Shown: piece after piece, positions 24,937 through 34,500 of the stretch
Position numbering within the stretch: position 1 is the stretch's first letter
Layout: every line of letters starts with the position of its first letter
From: Phallusia mammillata
Taxonomy: Eukaryota
Direction of reading: 5' to 3'
Length of the DNA: 64,000 nt
Assembly (NCBI GenBank): GCA_965637545.1
Contig: OZ281496.1
Location: 22,382,001-22,446,000, forward strand
The notes under the pieces: model-generated
The model's input: only the letters and a program-made list of their open reading frames with translations
Told to the model about the DNA's origin: nothing
Database searches by the model: none
Made by a program: the position numbers and the translations under genes

Positions 24937-25417
24937 CAGGGGTTCCCAACCTTTTTTCGATCTCGTACCACTTGGACGCTCTGTTCTGCCACGCGTACCA
25001 CTTCTTGCAGAACAACTGATTTAATCGAATCATATTTTATTAAGAAGAAGAATATTGGCCTACTAAAATAACACTAAAGCACGGCAACTAAATTTAATGA
25101 TATTTTTGTTTTTGTTTACTGTCCACCAATTGACCGAGCAATCATTTGACATAATCAACGCCAACTGTCCGACAGTGTTGTACGGTTTTTTCAAAGCAAC
25201 TGTGCTTCTTGTTGACAATTGACATGACCTGTTTGTAGATCGTAATGATACGAAACAACAGAAATAGTTACGTAACAATAAGAATAGGCTTGGGGATTTT
25301 TTTGTAAACAAAACCAGATGAACAAAATATAAAGTTGTGAATCCAAATTTTGTAAAAAGAAAGCTACTCGCGTACCACCTGAAAAACCTTCGCGTACCAC
25401 AGGTTGGGAACCCCATG
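24937..25417. mobile_element. hAT-type MITE in the CHST-NEB intergenic region
   Basis: TIR CAGGGGTTCCCAACCT / AGGTTGGGAACCCC(A)TG with subterminal CGTACCAC repeats at both ends. The TSD is not clean. Confidence 0.8.
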
Positions 25418-26849
25418 CTTTAAGGCGATAACAGCACTACCATTGTGTAACCGCATATGAATTTCCCACTTGAAATATATAACATGTCAAATTACGTAAG
25501 GTTGATGATGTCCAGTTGTTCTTTATGATAAGACTTGTCACTTGCAACTGTCAAAAGAAGGTTCCTATTCGAGATTAGGTCATTACTTAGGCGACAAGGC
25601 ACACAGTATATTTTAGGCATCCGAAATTGTGTGTCCAATAAGAGTAATATGCGTGAGCATGAAAACCGTTAGATGAAACGTCTAGTTGGATCTATGCATA
25701 GCATGGTCTTTGGTTTGACCTGAAATAATTTTGTGAAGCCTTGAAAGGCAACATAGTGTATTTTGCCAAACGTTGAAGAAAGATATAGGCCTATTTTATT
25801 GTACTCATTGAGTGTTGCTCGCAGTATAGCCAACTGAGTTTTTTAATGCACACGAAGAGACATAAACTTTGGGATATAAACTTGGGTGTTAAGGTTTTAA
25901 ATGGACCGAGACAGCTTTAAGCAGGCCTTAGTTATTTTTGAAGTGTTGCACCCAAAACAAAATATGACTGGTGGTATTGGACATTAACGTAAATGTTTTA
26001 GATGTAAAAGTAAGTGCGCAAACATATAATCAAGCACATGGTTTCGGTAACGACTATCGACTATACGCAAAAAATCGATTTTCGTTTACATTCCGTTGCA
26101 TTTAAGCACCCAGTGTGTTCACTTAAATAAACTACTCGCGCATTCGGGAGTTTATGACTGAGCCATGCTAATTCATGAAATATGCAAACATATGAGCTGC
26201 GAGTTTCGCATGAAACATTTATGCTGCAAAGAGTGGCGTTTTAGGTTTCAGTCTTAACACTTAGGTAACGCGTTTTTTAAATACATAGTTTTGTTTAATT
26301 GAATTCGAGCAATATTTATGTAAGGTGCGGCCATGTTGAGGAAACATCGTTGCTACTTAAGAAAATGGAAGACTGACAACGTTTACTCAGTCTGTGCTGA
26401 GGTTTAAATGTTAAGCAAAAGTGCAAAAACATCCAAAAGAAATAGTTAACATACACCCAGGCCTAATTCGTAGCCGAATCAAAAACATATGAAATGTTTT
26501 GCGATTGTTGTTTACTTGTTTGTGATAAAATGTATTTACTCTTGATCTGTATTCAGTTTTTAATGAACTTGAACTAATCAGTTACAGTTTTCCTGGCATA
26601 CACACTAACAGAGACGCGAAGTTTAGTTATCATTAACTACTGACACAACATCAAGCTAGTAAGGTCGAGTATTGCATGGTAGCACTTCGCTCAAGCCAGC
26701 TGTTGGTCGATCAGCGTTTATTTATAACCAAGTCGACGCCGTAATCAGGCCGAAAGCGCTCTTGCCGACAGCCCAAGCAGCATTGGAAACTTGCCGATAA
26801 GAGCCTGATGCCTTTGTAGTTTCCAGTTTTGTTTATAGTGTTTGACCTT

Positions 26850-27300
26850 TAGAGAGTTACATCAACTGTTTTGCTTATGCTAACTTAGCTGTTCGCTAGT
26901 GATAAACTTTATAGAGGTTTAATTGCCCAACTATTGTCACGTTTATATGTGTTTAGTTTCGTAGAGTGATCTTTATCAGCACTGTCTTTCCCTTGTATAG
27001 TTGCTCACTTGTATACTAGTGTAGCATGGGTTGTGTCCATTTACCTTTGCCACCTAGCAGCAAGATATTAGCATTAAGTTCAAACTGTAGTATTGGCCTT
27101 TCGTCGAAGGGTTCTTTACGAAAAGGTGCTTGAGTGAAGGTATATTGTCAGGCAATTGGTGTTGATATAGCGACGGCAATCGTCACGCTGAAACCGTATA
27201 GTAATATAGTGGTGTATGTTCGCCAATGTGAGGTTGCAGTCTAAAGCAAGGCCCATGTTGGCCTGTGCAAATCTGTTTTCTTATCAGGAAACTGGTGTTC
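26850..27300 (-). mobile_element. Decayed Penelope-like reverse-transcriptase fragment (candidate)
   Basis: Frameshifted minus-strand translation gives QANMGLALDCNLTLANI, CRRYIN, YLHS-HLFVK, LNLMLIS, NGH...YTSI, LVYK and TYKRD. These are in the same order as the PLE RT motifs Q..G.AMGS.LSP.LANI, RRYVDD, YLNS.HP.IKF, FLDVLI, TSVYRK and YKR. Judged by eye only. Confidence 0.4.
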
Positions 27301-27418
27301 GCCGATGTTATACTGTTGTTTGAGCAGACAAGCATGTACGGTATGTTAAATTGGATCCGTCAAAGTTAAATGTAGCCTAGTGTGCTGTACCGACTAGGAA
27401 TCTTAGTCACATACAGTA

Positions 27419-27592
27419 CAGTAAACCTCGGTTAAGCCGAATCCTCGCCTAATTCGGACAATTAAAACTTGAGGTATAAATGATCTGTAATTTGGTAAGG
27501 CTTTAACTAATTGACATCGGTTAATCCAGATCTTCGCCTAATCCTGACAAATTTTTGGTCCAAACAGGTCTGGATTTACTATAGGTTTGTTG
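27419..27592. mobile_element. Possible Tc1/mariner (pogo/Tigger-like) MITE remnant
   Basis: TA|CAGTAAACCTCGG left end, a decayed right end GGTTTGTTG|TA, and an internal repeated TCGCCTAAT. Confidence 0.4.
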
Positions 27593-28428
27593 TAAGTGAA
27601 AATATTCAGCTTGAAACAGCTAAAAAACGTAGAAAAATTGATTGCAAGCATAATAAATCCCAAAACCAATGCATGCGAACCTAGCGAACTGTTGTTATTA
27701 TCATGGCATTAGTGCAATTATGGTATTATTTGTCTAAATGGACGCAAAATAACAAAAAGCTCAAAACTCAGTTATATTCCACGCGTATATAATAATGTAT
27801 GTAATGTTTTCCGCATTCCGTTTCGCTATGTTTTGTATACCTTGTTTGATAACGATTCAGTGTTACGGGTTGGATACGATTGCTGTGACAACATGACGTA
27901 GCAATCAAAAACGTCATACCGCTGGGATTGACAGCAACAGCCGACAGACTTAAACCCAGACGCAATACGTGTGGTTACAAGACCTTCGTATGTCAACCCT
28001 TGTTGCAGTCTGTAGAGTAAAATGTACGTTTTGTCTTAGGACTCTAACTGGTAAAAGTTGGGAATAATCGTAAGAACTGTTAATTGTTTTGGATATCAGT
28101 GAAGTTTACATCTCACCAAGCCTTCTATTTTGGATTTAGTAAATTTTAATACAACATTAAAATAGGTAAGTTGGGTGACAATTTCATGTTTGTGCATTAA
28201 AATATTTCCTTGAATAAGTTTATTTATGGAGTTTCTTTGTCAAATCGTGATGCCAAGAAGCTTAACTAATCATGAACTGCCTAAACAATGGTCACTTTTG
28301 GCTTTCTTATCTTTTTGCTTTCTTCTTTAATTAAGATTTCTATTGTTAACCACTATCAACGGCTATTCTTCATCTTTCTGTCTTTTGAGTCGTGTTTTCT
28401 TGCTTATCGGTTGCATAGCAACATCAGG

Positions 28429-31400
28429 ATGGCATCTGATGACGAGCAACTGCAGCAGCAGGTAATACTCGCACCGCTTCGTGTGTTGGCGAACTTATTT
28501 TCACTTTAACCAAAACGTGTTTTCTCTTTTATGTTACTTGGTTGTTACTACTTTTTGTTACTTTGCAACGTTTTTCGGTCTAGTAAACCAAACATAACCA
28601 ATGTAAAGTTTGGGGTATTTTAGATATTAATTGAAAAATGTGTGACAAAAAAAAGTTACACCGCCCAACTTGACAAAAAACACATTTTGGCGACAAGGCA
28701 CAAGCTAGGCTATTATCCAGCTAAAATTATGTAATTGTGTGGAAAAATCATTTGCGAAGGCAAAACTCGATTCCAAGCCCAAAAAAGAAAAGCATGGGAA
28801 GAAGAAAAAATATCTTGTGAAAAAGAAGAAAGGCCAATCGGATGAGCAGAGTGCCCAACACGCTAAGAAAAAAGTTTTAGCGAAAATTCCGTCAGCATCA
28901 AAATTGGAGGTTATTTCGACAAAAACCGCTCCAGAACAGACACCTCACACAAAATGGGAAACACACCAAGTTGATGGTGATTTACCACCACAAGAAACCG
29001 AAAGCAATGATATTGACCAATACAATTCCTATGTTGACAACGGTGGCTATGAGACATACTTCTTGGAAGATGATCAGAGTCTAGGCGATGACGTCACCTA
29101 TCAGGTTACGACGTCATCAACCAGATGCTTGTCAAACGTCATCGCCCTGTCACAGTCGCGGTCGTTTCATGTCTGATTGTCATTTCGCTTGGCGCCGTTG
29201 ACAATCTTTCGTCACGTATTGCGTAAAAAGGTTATGACGAACCAGGTTACTGCAAGTTGCTTGACTTGTCCGAATGACCCGGCGCGCCTGACCCATATTC
29301 ATCCAGACATAAAAAAGCTTGATCGCGATTCGTCCCCGGGAATGTCTTGGGTTCGAACCTCGTGAAAAAAAATCAAAAAGTTTGGCTGCAGTCATAAACA
29401 TCGGCATATATCCACACACGAACACATAAAATCGTCAATCTTTCATCATTAAAGTGTTTGGATTTAATGGTTTGTTATAGCACAGCGAAAAATGCAAGCC
29501 AATATTTACGTTTAAAACATATGAAGTTTCGATATTTACTGTTATCGTCTAGTGAATAAAACCAACAGAAGGAATGTAACTTGATAACGCACAACATATG
29601 GCTTGTATTTTCGTGCTAAGGACCATGCATGAATTGCATTACCATTTATTACAAGTACAGTTACACAATTTTGAATATTAAAGGTATCATATCACTCAAC
29701 ATGTTCTTTTACAGGTTGTCGACGACATGTCGCAGGACAAGTGGAAGGGAAAACCAACCGCTTATATGACACCGCAGATGATGCATGCCTTGAAAATGTC
29801 GCAAGTTCAAAGCCAGGTATATAAACATTATTCCAGTTAGTTTTTCCTTACGTTTAAGCTTAATCATTAAGCCCGGAATTTTTCACTACACAAAACAGGC
29901 CTTTTTGTTAATAAATTAGTGCCTAAGCAAAAAATAAAATAAAAACGCTTATCAAACCGCAGTATTCTGTAACCTGAGAACCTTTAGGGGAGGTGTCACT
30001 TTTTGCCGAATAGTAACTTATCAGTTCACAAAAATGTGTTTTAACAAAATATGGGGCTGGAGTCTTAAGCAAAGCCCCAAATGTGGTAAAAATTGTAAAG
30101 TCAATTGGTAATTTCCGCTTATAAACCTATGTTTGCTGACAAATAGCACAAATACAAGAAACAGTACAACGAAGAAGTAAAGGGTAAGAGCTTTAAGGCA
30201 GCTGGCGTGTCTTTGAATGCACAGAGGGTGAAACAAAACACAGGCATACAAAGTCTGGTACGTAGAGTTGGATCTTGACCTCGCACCAAGATGCGTACCA
30301 GTATCTAAACAATTGTGAACATTGTAGATAAAATACCATGAGAGTTTTGAAAAAGCGAAAGGCTTGGGTTACACTCAAGTGGCCGACACCCCCCAATATG
30401 ATCGGTATAGAAAACAAAAGGAACTAAGTGACGTAAGTAGGTAAATGTCGTCACTGACCTCTCCCTTTCTCCTGTTCTCTTCCAGCCAAACCTCTTTTTC
30501 TTATTCTTTCCTTACACTAAAATCACATCTTTTCAAAAAATTTCATGCTTTCGCTGTCCCGTTTCCGGTAACGTTTCTTTCTTATTTTCGATATCTCTTT
30601 CATTTGCTATTTCCATTTCTTTCTTTTTTTCTACCATCAAAGGTTGACTATCAACGTGCTATGAAAGACATTAAAGGCAAATATAACCTTGATGCTTGTT
30701 TGCCTCTTCTGCCGGAGGTGGAAAACGCAAAACGCGTTTCAAAAAATACCAGCAAGGTTGGTTTTTACATGAAAGCTTGCATCGTTTGTGCCCAAAAATT
30801 GGTTTACTTGGAACGTGTTTTCCTATATCTCAAGCCTCGCTATTTTATCCGCCTTGTTTGTGTGACTTTTGCATGCTGGATTGAAGGTTTGGTTTTATCA
30901 TTTTTCAGTTTATTGCACAATCAATTTTCTTTGTTTTTAAACATGTTTTTTAACCCTTTGTGCTTTATATGCGTTAGGATCGACAGTAACCATCATCTAT
31001 TCTTTACTTTATAAGCTGAAGGGATGGTTTACTTGTTTGGCTAAAATTTTGTTGCTTGCGCTGATTTGTTTGATTATTTGTTTCGTTTTTATTGCGTTTT
31101 ATCGCATTTTTCTTTGTGCTTGCTTTCATCTTTTCCATTGTGTTGCTATTCATCTTGGTTCATGCATCTTGGTTTTAACCTGCATCCAGATTCAGGTAAG
31201 ATCTTATAGAAACTGTCGTAGCTGAGCAAAAATAATTACATATTGTAATGCGAATTTTACAAAGCTGTTTCAAAATGCCTTTTCATTAGCCGACAATGTA
31301 AAATAACAGTATGTCGAAAGAGTTCAATAAAGCATGTGTTATAAGCAATAATCATTACACTCCTACTTGTTTACAAAGAAACATATTTCTTACGTCAGTT

Positions 31401-31561
31401 TTTGTCGTGTTAAGGGCATTCTATTGACTTATACTTTTATACAGAACGAGTACCGAAAAGGTTTGGAAGACGTTAAAGAGAGATTTACAGGCTTTCAACG
31501 ACTCCGAGCATCTGATTATTTGGACGTTCAACGAAGTTTGAAAGCTGCTGAACTGTCCGAC
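28429..31561 (+). CDS. NEB: Nebulin N-terminal exons: 28429..28461, 29715..29816, 30147..30257, 30328..30432, 30643..30756, 31445..31561
   Basis: MASDDEQLQQQ | VVDDMSQDKWKGKPTAYMTPQMMHALKMSQVQSQ | HKYKKQYNEEVKGK... | IKYHESFEKAKGLGYTQVADTPQ...LSD | VDYQRAMKDIKGKY...PEVENAKRVSKNTSK | NEYRKGLEDVKERF...ELSD. All junctions are phase-0 GT-AG. The first 33-nt exon is the least certain. Confidence 0.8.
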
Positions 31562-34500
31562 GTAAGTGAACAGATTTTCCCAACTGTGCAAACACAAAAG
31601 TCACAAACAAAGTCCGTGTATAGTGTCCCTAAGTTTTAAAATGACTTTAAAGACACGATAAACGGCAAAGGCACGTTGAAAGTTAACGCTTAATATACAA
31701 CCCACTGACTGCATATTTTGTCTATCCCACGGGATAAAGGCAAAGAAAATTCGTGGCCTGCTTTTGGTTTTCAAGCGAACATATTTGAGAAATTGAAATT
31801 GTATTTTCATGACTTTATTGGTGTGTACTTCATATTCGTATCTTTTTAATCGTGATTTTTGTGCTTACTTTGCAGAGTCGTTACAAGGAGGATTGGGAGT
31901 ACGATAAAGGCATTGTGTGTTTTCCTGCAACCTTAACACCGGGTTACGATACTCTGGTTTCTGCGCAACGAAACGCAAGCGACGTAAGTTGTAGTTTTTT
32001 TCAATGCAGCCAGCTAGAAATCTGTCTGTCCCCACGAAAGCTGTCTCAAGCTTAACCATTAAACTGCTGGATGAGCAATACTTGGTTATATATTATGCCT
32101 GGCAGCAATAGCCTATTTCTGTCTTAAGCTTATTGCAATTATTGCGTAACTTGTTTAAATAGACACAATAAAAATAAACGGAAAACATACAGGAACAGTA
32201 CAATTAAAGTATACTTAACAATGATAGTAAACAGACAAATCGACGACCTGTGTTGTCAAACTGAAACATACATGGACAAGTCCAAGACAACAAGTTTGAA
32301 TTAAGAAGAAACGTAATATCTACAAGTGTTTTATGAGCCAAACAAGTGTTTTATTTTAAATTGTATAAACTGGATAGTCTGATCTGATTCTTTCTTTAAA
32401 AAAAACAGAACGCGTACAAGGAAGGTTTGGAAAGCACATTGGAAAATGTTCACTTTGACCCGACCAAGACCGACCTGTACAAATGCATTCAGGACAATCT
32501 CAAGTATATTAGCAGTGTAAGTTAAACATATTTCTTGACAAAAATTGAAGTTGATAACCAAAGGTACTCAACCTACCAACAGCTTTTTCCACTTACCCTA
32601 CCTACATTTAACGTATGTGTTTTGTTTGTTATCGTCTATAACAGGGGTGTGCAACTTGTTACTGTGGGGCCAAATGCAATTGGCAAAATTAGATCGCGGG
32701 CCGTACCTGTGTATAACACAAGGTGATTTTACTTTTTTGGTCGCATAAAAAATAGCACCGGGCGCATTAATCTCCTCAAAAATATATGATAGTTGGACTC
32801 GTTTGCCAGTACATTTGAAATCCAACCGTCTCTGCGGACCGCATAACGTTTATTGAAAGGCCGCATTTGACCCGCGGGCCGCAGGTTGCACACCCCTGGT
32901 CTTTAATATGAAACCGTTTTTCGATCGTTATCACTGTTCCAATGTGATTATGAACATATTTGTTATTTCATAACAGAATGAATACAAGGCAGATTATGAA
33001 AAGCATAAGGCGAAATACACTCCAGTGGCGGTCACTTCGCAAATGTTGCTTGACCGATCACTTCGAAACATCAGAAGTTGGGTTTGTACACCTCATACTT
33101 GCTTAGGTTGTGATTCATGCTTTTAAACTCAATTTCCATGCTCTTTAGAACTCCTACACCGCTTACGCCCGAAAACTGTGGGAACATTATCACCTTGTGG
33201 TTCCAGTTCCACTTATTGCACAAGCAATTGAGGTAAAACGACATTTTTGGCGTCTGTTTGCTACAGCATTGGCTACAAACAACCAGTCGTGTTTTTTTTC
33301 GTAGACTGCCAAAATGACTTCTGACAAATGGTACAAAGCCGACTACAAAAAAGAATGCATTGGAAAATCGGGCCCAGCCAACATCATTAACTACCCGGAG
33401 TTACAACAAGCCCGCAAGGCCGCTGGATTTGCCAGCAAGGTATTGTAACCTATTTCGTTTTCTTTTTTTGATTGTTAGAGCGGAATTCGCCCAAATTTGT
33501 GTAAGCTATGTGTGGATCTAAAAAGCACCTTACCTAATAACAAAAATTTTATCAGAGTAGCATAGCCATCTTATGACTCAAAGGTTTCCACAAAACTATA
33601 GTCAAATTTCACTACTGATGACCATAGTTCTGTCAAGGCGTTTGGATGTTTGTCAGTTAAGCTACGCAATAGTTTCTATTGATAGAAATGTGTCTGTGTA
33701 TTTGTTTCTGATTTGACGTTTGTATGTAAACTTCGCAAATAGTGCGTGGCCAGGGTAACGTTAAAAGTATACTCAACTTTACCCCTAAAACTCTCAAACA
33801 CTGCTGATTGTTATTGCAGGTGGAATATAGAAAGGATGCTGACAAAGCAAAGAGTCATTATACGATGCCTCTTGATGCTCCCGATTTCATCAGAGCGAAG
33901 AGCGCTGCCGAAAAAAGCGACGTAAGTTTTCAAATCAACAAAGTAACTCTTCAGCGCAGGTTAGAGCACCTGGCGTAATTGGTAGTTGTCGCAAAGAAAT
34001 TGTCAGGTGTTGTAATGAACAAAACTACCTTACCGTTAATTGCGACAAGGCTAGGTCTCTTTAGTACCACATACAGCTTTATCAATTGGTGCAATCACAG
34101 CTACGAAACGTGTGGGATTTAAAAGTAATACACGACATTCAATCTCTCTTCTCTTTCTAAATGTCGATTAAGGGTCCTAAAACCACTGCCAATTAGTCAA
34201 TCAAACGACAGCTAATAATCAAGTCTTTGCTTAATACCATATAGCGTCTAATTTTTCTTTTTTTAGATCCTGTACAAGAAGCAGAAGGCTCATACCATCG
34301 CTAACTTCCAGGGTTATCAAAAGCTGGACCCAAGTCACCATCCTGTTGTACAGAATGCTGAAAAGGCCAGTCAGCTACAATCTCACGTAAGTAAAACTCT
34401 TTTAATTGGTCTCTTTAGACCAGTGGTTTTTGTTCTATCGCTGCGTACCACTTAAACTCTATTTGAATGGACGTATCAAGAGATAGGTCTGAAACCATCA

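Noticed and set aside
30445-31225. Long hydrophobic ORFs (189 aa and 62 aa) resembling membrane proteins
   Set aside because: These are U-rich intron sequence read through around nebulin exon 30643..30756, giving Phe/Leu bias without real coding signal.
34458-34468. Partial SL match TCTATTTGAAT
   Set aside because: Only 11 AT-rich nt, which is about what chance predicts in this window, and it lies inside a MITE.
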